Source: a virus (lineage: Duplodnaviria; Caudoviricetes). From it: a stretch of DNA of 24,799 nt. Below are positions 1-8,883 of this stretch, piece by piece; within the stretch, counting starts at the first letter, position 1, and each line of letters begins with the position of its first letter. Under the pieces are notes generated by a model that had not been told where the DNA came from, did not search any database, and saw only the letters and a list, made by a program, of their open reading frames with translations. The DNA lies in the IMG/VR virus record IMGVR_UViG_3300047272_000198, positions 1 through 24,799 of that record; one strand, written 5' to 3'. The position numbers and the translations under genes are program-made.

Positions 1-1
1 T

Positions 2-892
2 GCAACTGCAACCGTACCGGGCGCAATCACCCGTACCAATGCTGACGGCTCTACCGATACATTCGGTGGCGGCGCAGCTCGCAAGTCAACCAATGCAACC
101 GTAACCGTTGCTGGTGGCAACGACAACACCATCACCGCATCCGTTGCTGCTGTAAACGGCGCAGTCGGTTACGCATGGTTCGTTGGTGCGGCAGGTAGCG
201 AGAAGCTCAACGCAGTTACCAGCATCAACAGCGTTGTTATCAAGGCTGTTTCTGATTCCGCTGCACAAGCTGCATCGACTCTGCCTTCAAGCGACCAATC
301 GACTTCCACTTTGGATTTCGACGGCTTGCTGTATCAAGCGTTCAAGTCAGGCTCAAACGCTTACATCAAGGTCATGCCAACCGGTACGGCCGGTACTGGT
401 ACTTCACTGACCGCTGACGGCGCTGGTGGTATTGCTGAGTTTGAAGAAGCGTTCGTAAACTTCTACAACAAGTACCGCTTGTCTCCAAGCGTGATGTACG
501 TTAGCTCGCAAGAGATGGTCAACATCACCAAGAAGATCGTTGCTAATGGCGGCGCTCCTCTGTTGCGCTTGACGATGGCTGCCGACAACCAAGGCTCTAT
601 CCAAGCTGGTGTACGCGTTGGTCAATACCTCAACAAGGTAACGGGTCAGATGGTGGACGTAGTTGTTCATCCGAACTTACCTGCTGGCACGATTTTCTTC
701 TTCACGAAGAACCTGCCATACCCAATGAGCAACGTTTCGAACGTCGCTCAAATGTTGATGCGTCAAGACTACTATCAGCTCGAGTGGCCGCTGAAAACTC
801 GTAAGTACGAGTACGGCGTTTACGCTGATGGTGTATTGCAGCACTACGCTCCGTTTTCGATGGGCATTATCACCAACATCGCTAACGGCTAA
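2..892 (+). CDS. Major capsid protein, C-terminal part (5'-truncated by the window edge)
   Basis: The frame of ORF 311..892 is open back to base 2 (ATATVPGAITRTNADG...DFDGLL...VHPNLPAGTIFF...YEYGVYADGVLQHYAPFSMGIITNIANG). The C-terminus is capsid-like, and the gene lies directly upstream of the head-tail joining genes. Confidence 0.75.
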   Translation, partial: ATATVPGAITRTNADGSTDTFGGGAARKSTNATVTVAGGNDNTITASVAAVNGAVGYAWFVGAAGSEKLNAVTSINSVVIKAVSDSAAQAASTLPSSDQSTSTLDFDGLLYQAFKSGSNAYIKVMPTGTAGTGTSLTADGAGGIAEFEEAFVNFYNKYRLSPSVMYVSSQEMVNITKKIVANGGAPLLRLTMAADNQGSIQAGVRVGQYLNKVTGQMVDVVVHPNLPAGTIFFFTKNLPYPMSNVSNVAQMLMRQDYYQLEWPLKTRKYEYGVYADGVLQHYAPFSMGIITNIANG

Positions 893-901
893 CGAGCATT
901 A

Positions 902-921
902 CCCGCCCCTACGGGGGCGGG
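902..921 (+). terminator. GC-rich hairpin with UACG tetraloop after the capsid gene (stabilising hairpin or partial terminator)
   Basis: CCCGCCCC-TACG-GGGGCGGG is a perfect 8-bp stem. Only a short GTT tail follows it. Confidence 0.55.
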
Positions 922-939
922 GTTCCTCGGAGAAAACAA

Positions 940-1179
940 ATGGTTCTAATGAACGCTCCAGAGAGAAGCCGATTGGTTTCTTTTGCTGGAAAGACGTACA
1001 CCGTAGTAGACGGTCAGATTGAATTGCCAGAGGAAGCAGCGCACGAACTTTTGTCGCATGGCTTCACGATGGCAGATGCAACCGCAGCGAAACCGAAGAA
1101 GGTCAAGCGCGGCAGACCGGGCAACGAAGAAGATGCACCAGCTCCGAAAGAGCAAGCGCAATTGATTGAGGGTAAATAG
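940..1179 (+). CDS. Small hypothetical head-associated protein (79 aa)
   Basis: GGAG RBS upstream. Lies between the capsid and connector genes and has a charged low-complexity C-terminus (KPKKVKRGRP). Confidence 0.6.
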   Translation: MVLMNAPERSRLVSFAGKTYTVVDGQIELPEEAAHELLSHGFTMADATAAKPKKVKRGRPGNEEDAPAPKEQAQLIEGK

Positions 1180-1181
1180 CG

Positions 1182-1727
1182 ATGCCGTACACCAGCGTAG
1201 AGAACGTGAAAAGTTATCTCGGTATTTTGAATACCGTAGATGACGCACTGTTCGAACGCTTGGTCAATGCTGCAAGCGCTTTTATTGATACCTACATCAA
1301 TCGCACGCTCGATGTTGCTGAGTACACCGACACGTTCGACGGCAATGGCAGTCACCAGTTTGTACTGCGCAACTATCCGGTTGCAGCAGTGTCGGCGGTT
1401 ACTGTGAATACGCAAGTGATTCCAGCGGCAGCCAACGCACGATCAAATGGCTACCGGTTCGACAAGTTTCGTGTTGTGTTGCAGGGCTATGAGTTTTACA
1501 GCGGTGCGTTAAATTGCTCAGTCACCTACGAGGCTGGCTACGAGACTGTACCGGCTGACATTGAACAGGCTTGCATCGAGATTGTGGTCAATCGATACAA
1601 GGAGAAAGACCGTATCGGATTGACGAGCAAAGGCTTGGCGGGCGAGATGACGGCGTACTCGACGAGAGATATACCGGAAAGCTCCGCAACGGTGCTGAAC
1701 AAGTACAAGCGGGTTGTCCCAACTTGA
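1182..1727 (+). CDS. Head-tail connector/adaptor protein (gp6/gp15-like)
   Basis: Motifs VENVKSYLGI..DDALFERLVNAASAFIDTYINR and VTYEAGYETVPADIEQACIEIV are typical of connectors. Synteny agrees. Confidence 0.85.
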   Translation: MPYTSVENVKSYLGILNTVDDALFERLVNAASAFIDTYINRTLDVAEYTDTFDGNGSHQFVLRNYPVAAVSAVTVNTQVIPAAANARSNGYRFDKFRVVLQGYEFYSGALNCSVTYEAGYETVPADIEQACIEIVVNRYKEKDRIGLTSKGLAGEMTAYSTRDIPESSATVLNKYKRVVPT

Positions 1728-2209
1728 TTAACGCAAAGATCACGTCGGGAAAAGATGTACCGCAAAAGCTGCGCAGTGCATCGGGATTGATACAAAGCGC
1801 TGTCGATAAGGCGGTGCTGAGATTGGCAGTAAAGATGACGGCGATGGTGAAGAACAAGTTGTCAAACGACGTGCTGAGAGTTCGCTCCGGCAGATTGCGT
1901 CGCTCGATCAACTACAAGATCACCAAAGACGGCGACACCACTACCGCATCCGTTGGAACGAATGTGGTGTACGCAAAAACGCATGAATATGGTTTGACTA
2001 TACCCGCACATATTGTTCGGGCGCGTCGCGGCAAAGCGTTGAAATTCATGGCTGGCGGAAAAATGATGTTCCGCAAGCAAGTGAGCATACCAGCGGTAAA
2101 GATGCCAGAGCGTTCGTTCTTGCGGGCAAGCTTGCGCCAAATGCAGCCGGAGATTCAAACCGAGCTGAGTAAGGCGCTGCTAAATGAATTTAAGGCGGCA
2201 ATGAAATGA
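1724..2209 (+). CDS. HK97 gp10-like / virion morphogenesis (tail completion) protein
   Basis: Likely TTG start overlapping the upstream stop (TTGA). Motifs RSGRLRRSI, VGTNVVYAKTHEYG and MPERSFLRASL. Confidence 0.8.
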   Translation: MINAKITSGKDVPQKLRSASGLIQSAVDKAVLRLAVKMTAMVKNKLSNDVLRVRSGRLRRSINYKITKDGDTTTASVGTNVVYAKTHEYGLTIPAHIVRARRGKALKFMAGGKMMFRKQVSIPAVKMPERSFLRASLRQMQPEIQTELSKALLNEFKAAMK

Positions 2210-2637
2210 AGCGTGAAACGATATACAAGGCGTTGTTTGAGCTGATACGCAATCTGAATGGCGCAGCTACAACGTCTCGGATTCTCGCTCATTGGGATGA
2301 TGTGCCGCCGAACATGCAGCCAGCTCTGTATCTGACAAACGATACGCAGCAAGCAGAACAGGTAACGGGTTTTCCGACCAAGTATCTGCTAGGCGCAAAG
2401 ATTTGGATTTACTGCCACCGAGACTCCGGCGAGGAAGTACCGAGTGCGCAGATCAATGAAATTTTGGACGGACTTGACGAGGTTTTGAAGCCCTCGGAAA
2501 GCCCAACCAATAAGCAGACCCTCGGCGGTTTAGTTGAGCATTGCTGGATTAGCGGTGCAATCGAAACTGATGAAGGTACTTTGGGGAATCAGGCGGTCGC
2601 AATCGTTCCGATTCAAATGTTGGTAGTAGCTTCATAG
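2206..2637 (+). CDS. Putative tail terminator protein
   Basis: ATGA overlap, 143 aa, immediately before the tail tube gene. Contains a QTLGGLVEHCWI motif. Confidence 0.65.
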   Translation: MKRETIYKALFELIRNLNGAATTSRILAHWDDVPPNMQPALYLTNDTQQAEQVTGFPTKYLLGAKIWIYCHRDSGEEVPSAQINEILDGLDEVLKPSESPTNKQTLGGLVEHCWISGAIETDEGTLGNQAVAIVPIQMLVVAS

Positions 2638-2648
2638 GAGAAATAATT

Positions 2649-3416
2649 ATGTCTCAATTCGTATTCGGTTCCGGCATCCTGTGGGGTACGGCAACGACAG
2701 ATGCAGCGGGTAACGCGCTGGCTAACCCCACTCCCGTTCAATTCGGCACACTGCAAGAGGTGTCGCTCGACGTGAACTTCGAGAACAAGACTCTGCACGG
2801 CCAATCTCAGTTTCCAGTCGCAGTAGGTCGCGGCAAGGGCAAAGTATCTGGCAAGGCAAAGTTTGCGCAAATGAACGGCACGCTGATTAACAGCTTGTTC
2901 TTTGGTCAAACCTTGAACGCTGGCTTGGTGTCCGATTACTTCGACACTACCGGCATCGATATTCCAGCAAGCTCGCCTTACACCATCACTCCAACCGTTC
3001 CGAGTTCCGGCACTTGGTTGGCTGATCTAGGCGTTCGCGATTCAAGCGGCTTGCCAATGCAACGTGTGGCTTCTTCGCCAACGACCGGTCAATACAGTGT
3101 GTCTGCGGGCGTGTATACGTTTGCTGCTGCTGATAAAGAGACAATCGTGTTTATCAGCTATCAGTACAGCACGACTTCAACCTCGGCTCGTAAGTCGAAC
3201 ATCATGAACGTGCCAATGGGCTACGCTCCAGCGTTCCGCGTTGACTTGCTCTTGCCTTACGCTGGTAAGTCGATGATTTGGACGTTGCCAAACGCAATCT
3301 CTACTAAGCTCACTCTCGCCACGAAGCTCGACGACTTCATGACACCAGAGTTTGACTTTGAAGCGTTTGCAGACGGCGCAGGTAACGTATTGACCTACTC
3401 AACAACCGAACGATAA
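2649..3416 (+). CDS. Major tail (tube) protein
   Basis: AGGAG RBS. Beta-rich 255 aa protein located before the chaperones and tape measure. Confidence 0.75.
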   Translation: MSQFVFGSGILWGTATTDAAGNALANPTPVQFGTLQEVSLDVNFENKTLHGQSQFPVAVGRGKGKVSGKAKFAQMNGTLINSLFFGQTLNAGLVSDYFDTTGIDIPASSPYTITPTVPSSGTWLADLGVRDSSGLPMQRVASSPTTGQYSVSAGVYTFAAADKETIVFISYQYSTTSTSARKSNIMNVPMGYAPAFRVDLLLPYAGKSMIWTLPNAISTKLTLATKLDDFMTPEFDFEAFADGAGNVLTYSTTER

Positions 3417-3431
3417 TCAATAGGAGATTTC

Positions 3432-3761
3432 ATGACCAGCTTGCCGAAGATCAAAGGCGTTACGTTTGAATTTGCGAATGGTGTGACGTTGGTAGTCCCG
3501 CCATTAAACCTAGCAGCACTCGAAGTGCTGCAAGACCGACTAGGAACTTTCAAAGGCGGTCTCGACAAGGATAGCGTAGGGCTTGTGATCGACGCGACTC
3601 ACATGGCACTCCAGCGCAACTACCCTCAATTGACTCGCAAAGAATTGGTTGAGGATATGTTGGACTTGAGCAACATGGAAGCCGTCATGCAACTGGTCAT
3701 GGATGTCTCCGGTTTACGTCGGAAGGAAGCCGAGCAGGGGGAAGCTCAGGCGAGGAATTAG
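3432..3761 (+). CDS. Tail assembly chaperone (lambda gpG analogue)
   Basis: AGGAG RBS. Lies between the tube and tape measure genes and has a slippery G GGG GAA near its 3' end. Confidence 0.8.
   Translation: MTSLPKIKGVTFEFANGVTLVVPPLNLAALEVLQDRLGTFKGGLDKDSVGLVIDATHMALQRNYPQLTRKELVEDMLDLSNMEAVMQLVMDVSGLRRKEAEQGEAQARN
3737..3743 (+). other. Programmed -1 ribosomal frameshift site (G GGG GAA)
   Basis: In-frame CAG GGG GAA. The -1 frame is open (GSSGEELDWSGLFVHLVIATGMNLEE...) and continues into ORF 3803..4003. Confidence 0.8.
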
Positions 3762-4003
3762 ATTGGAGCGGGCTATTCGTTCATCTCGTCATTGCGACGG
3801 GCATGAACCTAGAAGAAGTCCGCGAGCAGTTTGATTTACCTCGCTTGGAAGCTTTCAACAAATACTCCGAGCAATTCCCGCCGCAGCACGTTCTAATTGC
3901 GAGTTACTTTGGCTACGGTAAAAAGAAGGAAACCGAAGTCAAGCCGCTTGAAGGAGCCGAGCTTGCGGAATTGATGGCAGCATTTCCAGAGGTTACGCGA
4001 TGA
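3743..4003 (+). CDS. Tail assembly chaperone frameshift extension (gpT analogue; C-terminal part of a gpGT-like fusion)
   Basis: -1 frame relative to 3432..3761, open from the slippery site to a stop that overlaps the tape measure start. Confidence 0.75.
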   Translation, partial: SSGEELDWSGLFVHLVIATGMNLEEVREQFDLPRLEAFNKYSEQFPPQHVLIASYFGYGKKKETEVKPLEGAELAELMAAFPEVTR

Positions 4004-6945
4004 GCGATAAAGACATCAATGTAAGTTTCACCGCGAACGCCGAAGGACTGAAATCCGGCGCATCACAATCCGCCGCTGCCGTAGAGTCAGCAATCAATCG
4101 CATGAACGCCGCTTTCGACAAGATGGCGGCGCAAACGCGTAATGACACTGCGCAAATGCGTGAGCAAATGCAGCAAGTGTCAGTCAGCACGAACAATCTT
4201 GCCTCCTCGATGGAGAGCATGGTTGGCGGCGTGAAGGGCTTGCTAGGCGGTCTGTCCGTCCTAGCTATAGTCAAAGAGTTTGTCACGCTGGCCGACCAAA
4301 TGGCGCTTACTCAAGCGCGACTCAAGAACACCACCACTACCGCAGCGGAATTTGCCGAAGTGCAAAAGTCCGTCTACGAGATTGCCCAACGCAACAACAT
4401 AGGCTTGCAGGAAGCCTCGCAGCTCTACACCAAGCTATCCGACCCTGTTAAGCGACTTGGCGGCGGCGTAGTAGAGACGACTGCGATTGTCGATGCGTTT
4501 GCAATGTCACTGCGCGTAGGTGGCGCAAACACACAAGAAGCTTCGGCGGCAACGCTGCAATTCGCGCAAGCGATGGCATCGGGCAAGCTGCAAGGCGATG
4601 AGTTCCGCTCACTAGCTGAGGCATCGCCTCGCTTCATGAAGGCAATTGCGGAAGGCGCAAACCTGCCGATTGAGCAGCTCAAGAAAATGGGTAGCGAGGG
4701 TAAGCTCAGTGCCGAGCTGGTCGGCAATGCGCTTATGGCATCGGCCGAGAAACTACGCGCTGAATCAGCAACCCTACCCGACACCGTAGGCGGCGCGTTC
4801 CAGCGCGTGAAGAACGATATTCTGCTGGCAGTCGAGCAGCTCGACAAAGCGGGCGGCACAACCAATGCGCTTGCGCAAGTATTCGGATTCGTCGCTGACA
4901 TGGTGCGCGAATTCACTGACGGCATGCGCGACTTGAATGGCGAACTACAGAGCAACGCCAAAGACGCAGAGGACTTGAAAACCTTGATGCGTGCAATTGG
5001 TTATGTGTTCGAGACCGTCATCGTTGTTGGCGCAAACGTCACCTATGTATTCAAGGGCATCGCAACAGAAGTCGTCACGTTGATTCAGCAGCTCGAGGCG
5101 CTCGCCAATTTTGACTTCAAAAAAGCGTTCAAGTTGGGTGAAGGCGCAAGGGCGCAAGCGGACATCGCTCGCAAGGAAATTGACGCTCTGACCGACAAGA
5201 TGATCGGCATGACTGATCGTGTCATGGACAAGCGCAACAACAAAGAGTCCGGCAACGCGGGTGACAGCGCAAAAGCCGAACCGAAGAAGCTCAAAAGCAC
5301 TGCAAATCCCGAAGGCGACCTAGATAAGCTCGAGCTGTGGAAAATGCAGCTCCAAAGAAAGATTGAATCCGAGAAGGGATTTTTTGACACGTCCGTCTCG
5401 ATGGAGATTGCGTTTTGGAAGTCAAAGCTTGCCGAGGTAGGCAAAGGCTCCGCCGAGGAATTGAAAACTCGAGCGTCAATCGAGAAAGAGCTATACAGCT
5501 TGCGCAAGACGGCGGCCACACAAGATCGCGCCTTGAATGAGGAAGCAATCAGCACCGCGCAACGCGTGAGCTTGAATGAAATTGCAATTGAGCGAGACAA
5601 ACTAGCGCAGCAGAAATCCACTCGTCAATTGAGCTTGGAGGAGTCGTTATCGCTTGAGCTTGATCTTGCCAATCGCGAGCTGGAAGTGCGACGTTCCGCA
5701 ATTGAGGACAAGGCAAAGCTGTACGCTGGCGATAAGGTAGCCAAGGAAAAGATACTCAATGAGCTGAAAACGCTCGAGCAAGATCACGTCCGCCAGTTGT
5801 TCAAGATCAATCAGGACTATCAGCAAAACGCGCTGGCCGACAAGATCGCCACAATGCGCATTGAGCTGGAGCAGTACCGCAACAACATGGATGAGCGCTT
5901 GCGCATTGCCAAGCAGATTCAGGCCGAGGTAAACAAGGTTTACGGCCAAGAATCCCGCGAAGCACAAGCCGCAGCGCAGGAAGTCGGCCGCATCGAGCGT
6001 CAGAAGGCCGAGCAGATCAAGTCGATCAATCAGATGATCGCCAATTCGAAAACAGAAACCCAATTGGCAATTATCGATGGGGCTGCATCTCAGGCGCGAT
6101 TCGAGCGCGAGATGAACCAGATGACGCGATTGCAATTACTTGAGCAAGAGCAGCAATTCGAGCAGCAGCGCTACAACATCAAGATGCAAGCGCTGAAAGA
6201 ACGCGAGGCAATGCTGGAAAAAGACCCCGACCACAACATTGAGGAAGCGGCTCGCGTCAAAGAGCAAATGCTTGAGCTGGAGCGCACATATAGCTTGAAA
6301 CAAAGCGAAATGCGCCGCGATCAGGTTAAAGAGTCCAACCGCGACTACCTAAACATGTTCTCGAACATGCAAAACAGCATGGCTGGCGTGTTCGGTCAAA
6401 TGATGCGAGGCATGCTGACGTTCAAAGATTTCATGCGAGAAATGCTCAAGGCAATTCTAGGTGCGTTCATTGACATGATTGCGCAAATGATAGCCCGTTG
6501 GATAATGAGTCAGGTCATGCAGAAGTACATGAGCAAGCTTACGGCAGGTTCTCAGATCGCCGCTAATGCCAGCGTAGCCGCATCGGGCGCTATGGCCTCT
6601 GTAGCAGCGATTCCGTTCTATGGATGGACAATGGCTCCGGCTGTCGGTGCAACAACGTTTGCGACCGCTATGGGCTATCAGGCGGGGCTTGCCGCAGAGC
6701 AAGGCTTTGACGTTCCGGCCGGTATGAACCCTGTCACGCAGCTACACCAAAAAGAAATGGTGTTGCCAGCTAGTCAAGCCGATGTCATACGAAATATGGC
6801 AGACAACGGCGGTGGAAACGCACCAGTCACGGTTAATATATCGGCTGTAGACTCAAAGAGCGTTAGGGATTTGTTCATGCGTGAAGGCTCGTCGCTGACA
6901 GCCGCTTTGAGGTCGCAGCAACGTAATCTAGGGTTCTCACGATGA
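4000..6945 (+). CDS. Tail tape measure protein (981 aa)
   Basis: Long Ala/Gln/Glu-rich helical protein. Contains the tape-measure motif EASAATLQFAQAMASGKLQGDEFRSLAE and C-terminal QLHQKEMVLP. Confidence 0.93.
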   Translation: MSDKDINVSFTANAEGLKSGASQSAAAVESAINRMNAAFDKMAAQTRNDTAQMREQMQQVSVSTNNLASSMESMVGGVKGLLGGLSVLAIVKEFVTLADQMALTQARLKNTTTTAAEFAEVQKSVYEIAQRNNIGLQEASQLYTKLSDPVKRLGGGVVETTAIVDAFAMSLRVGGANTQEASAATLQFAQAMASGKLQGDEFRSLAEASPRFMKAIAEGANLPIEQLKKMGSEGKLSAELVGNALMASAEKLRAESATLPDTVGGAFQRVKNDILLAVEQLDKAGGTTNALAQVFGFVADMVREFTDGMRDLNGELQSNAKDAEDLKTLMRAIGYVFETVIVVGANVTYVFKGIATEVVTLIQQLEALANFDFKKAFKLGEGARAQADIARKEIDALTDKMIGMTDRVMDKRNNKESGNAGDSAKAEPKKLKSTANPEGDLDKLELWKMQLQRKIESEKGFFDTSVSMEIAFWKSKLAEVGKGSAEELKTRASIEKELYSLRKTAATQDRALNEEAISTAQRVSLNEIAIERDKLAQQKSTRQLSLEESLSLELDLANRELEVRRSAIEDKAKLYAGDKVAKEKILNELKTLEQDHVRQLFKINQDYQQNALADKIATMRIELEQYRNNMDERLRIAKQIQAEVNKVYGQESREAQAAAQEVGRIERQKAEQIKSINQMIANSKTETQLAIIDGAASQARFEREMNQMTRLQLLEQEQQFEQQRYNIKMQALKEREAMLEKDPDHNIEEAARVKEQMLELERTYSLKQSEMRRDQVKESNRDYLNMFSNMQNSMAGVFGQMMRGMLTFKDFMREMLKAILGAFIDMIAQMIARWIMSQVMQKYMSKLTAGSQIAANASVAASGAMASVAAIPFYGWTMAPAVGATTFATAMGYQAGLAAEQGFDVPAGMNPVTQLHQKEMVLPASQADVIRNMADNGGGNAPVTVNISAVDSKSVRDLFMREGSSLTAALRSQQRNLGFSR

Positions 6946-7577
6946 GCAATGAGGTATTTCCAGTCTTGGCTGGCTTGGCTTGGGGCGTAATCAAGCAGCC
7001 AGAGTACAAGACCAAAATTCAGAAGGCGGTGTCCGGCCGCGAGCTTCGTCTTTCGTACATGACCTATCCCATGTATCGATTCAAGATGACGTACAACGTC
7101 TTGCGCGACGACAAGTCAACGTTTGACCCCTCTGCTCCACGCGACGAACTGAAAACCCTCTTGCGCTTCTTCCTTGCGCGTCGCGGCAACTTCGATTCTT
7201 TCCTGTACACAGACCCATCGGACAACACGGTAGTCGATCAGCCGTTCGGCACTGGCGATGGAGGTACTACCGAGTTTCAATTGATTCGCTCTTACGGCGT
7301 AGTCGGCAATGGATTCGCCGAGCCAGTAGAGAACATAGATATGACCAAGCCGTTTGCTGTCTACGTCAACGGACTTGAAGATGAAACAGTGACGGTAGAA
7401 AACGGTCTCGTCACTTTCTTGACTCCGCCTGATCTGAACGACCAATTGACTTGGAGTGGCAGCTACTACTATCGCGTTCGATTCGATATGGATGCAGCGG
7501 AGTTCAATCAATTCATGTACGACCTATGGGAATTGAAGAAGTGCGAATTGTATGGCTCGCTCCAAAATAAGATATGA
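6942..7577 (+). CDS. Distal tail protein, DUF2460 family
   Basis: Motifs SGRELR, FFLARRGNFDSFLYTDPSD, FGTGDGGTTEFQL and YYRVRFD. Follows the tape measure gene. Confidence 0.85.
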   Translation: MSNEVFPVLAGLAWGVIKQPEYKTKIQKAVSGRELRLSYMTYPMYRFKMTYNVLRDDKSTFDPSAPRDELKTLLRFFLARRGNFDSFLYTDPSDNTVVDQPFGTGDGGTTEFQLIRSYGVVGNGFAEPVENIDMTKPFAVYVNGLEDETVTVENGLVTFLTPPDLNDQLTWSGSYYYRVRFDMDAAEFNQFMYDLWELKKCELYGSLQNKI

Positions 7578-8467
7578 AGAACGCACCTATTGAGCTAGTC
7601 GCCTATTTGAACACGTCACACCAGTTTCGTGTCGTCGACCTTTACACGTTCTCGATCAAGCAAGTCCGCACGACCGTAGAGGGCGACGGCATTGAGGTCT
7701 ATTACAACACCTACCGTTATGCTTCGTCGGATATACCGGTGCAGTACGGCGGCGACATTTGGAGTGCAACCGGCCTTCTCATCAATCGTGATCGTGTTAC
7801 CTCAACGCTTGGCCTTGAAGTCTCGTCGGTCAAACTGAGTGTGTACGCCACTGACACGATGACCGTCGAATCTCTGCCATTCATGACTGCCGCAGCTACC
7901 GGCATTTTGGATGGTGCGCTTGTGCAAATTGATCGAGCGTTCTTGAACGATTACAACGAAGTCATTGGCGCTCCAGTCAACAACTTCACTGGCATGATTT
8001 CGCAGGTAGAAGTCAGTCGCAGCGTTGCAACGATGAACGTTCACTCGATTACCGAGCTGCTGAACATTCAATTGCCCCGCACCGTATATCAGACAACATG
8101 CCAGCACACGCTATACAACAGTCAGTGCGGCGTTGCTCGCTACAACTACATGCAGACTTGCACTGTCAATACAGCGAGTCTCAATACGATTGTGCCGGTT
8201 ACATTGACTCCGCCGGATGGCTACTTTGATTTGGGCGCAATTGTCTTTACTAGTGGCGTTCTGAACGGCGAGCTGCGCACCGTCAAGAGCTGGGCATCGG
8301 GTGTCATCAAGCTTGTCTCGCCATTGCCGGTAGCGCCGCAATTCGGTGACGAGTTCGCAATCTATCCGGGTTGCGACAAGACAAAAGCAACTTGCGCAAG
8401 TCGCTTCAACAACTTGGATAGCTTCAAAGGCTTTCCGTATGTGCCAGTGCCGGAGACCATGCGATGA
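7574..8467 (+). CDS. Baseplate hub / tail-tip protein, DUF2163 (BR0599-like) with Cys cluster
   Basis: Motifs CQHTLYNSQCGV and PGCDKTKATCASRFNNLDSFKGFPYVP, with four conserved Cys as in lambda gpL-like proteins. Confidence 0.88.
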   Translation: MKNAPIELVAYLNTSHQFRVVDLYTFSIKQVRTTVEGDGIEVYYNTYRYASSDIPVQYGGDIWSATGLLINRDRVTSTLGLEVSSVKLSVYATDTMTVESLPFMTAAATGILDGALVQIDRAFLNDYNEVIGAPVNNFTGMISQVEVSRSVATMNVHSITELLNIQLPRTVYQTTCQHTLYNSQCGVARYNYMQTCTVNTASLNTIVPVTLTPPDGYFDLGAIVFTSGVLNGELRTVKSWASGVIKLVSPLPVAPQFGDEFAIYPGCDKTKATCASRFNNLDSFKGFPYVPVPETMR

Positions 8468-8883
8468 CCACACGCGCCGAAGCAGTTGCCGAAGCAATGA
8501 CATGGCTCAACACGCCATATCACCACATGGCTCGCCGCAAAGGTGCTGGCGTTGATTGTGCGCAGATTCTCATTGAGGTATTTCACGCAGTCGGATTGAT
8601 TCCGCGCATCGATGTTGGCTTCTATCCGCACGACTGGCATTTTCATCGAGATGAAGAACGCTACTTAGGCTGGATTCAGCAGTACGCGCACCGCGTTGAG
8701 ACACCACAAGCGGGCGACATCATTTTGTATCGCTTCGGTCGCACTGTCTCTCATGCTGCAATCGTTGTTGATTATCCGTTGGTCATTCACTCGTACTTTC
8801 GAGCTGGCGTTGTTCTAGCAAAGTCTACCGACCCTGAGCTGCGCGGGCGCGAGGACAGCTATTGGTCATTGTGGAGTGAATAA
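8464..8883 (+). CDS. NlpC/P60 family tail-associated peptidase
   Basis: WLNTPYHH..GAGVDCAQ (catalytic Cys) and SHAAIV...VIHS (His). Confidence 0.9.
   Translation: MTTRAEAVAEAMTWLNTPYHHMARRKGAGVDCAQILIEVFHAVGLIPRIDVGFYPHDWHFHRDEERYLGWIQQYAHRVETPQAGDIILYRFGRTVSHAAIVVDYPLVIHSYFRAGVVLAKSTDPELRGREDSYWSLWSE

Noticed and set aside
1571-1723. Extended N-termini given by the ORF track (also 16382, 16728, 20475, 20950, 22633 and 23607)
   Set aside because: They overlap upstream genes or regulatory gaps. Downstream starts with an RBS or stop/start overlap fit better.
8464-8883. NlpC/P60 as the missing endolysin
   Set aside because: It sits in the conserved tail-tip position between the hub and tip genes, where such peptidases are tail-assembly or virion-associated.
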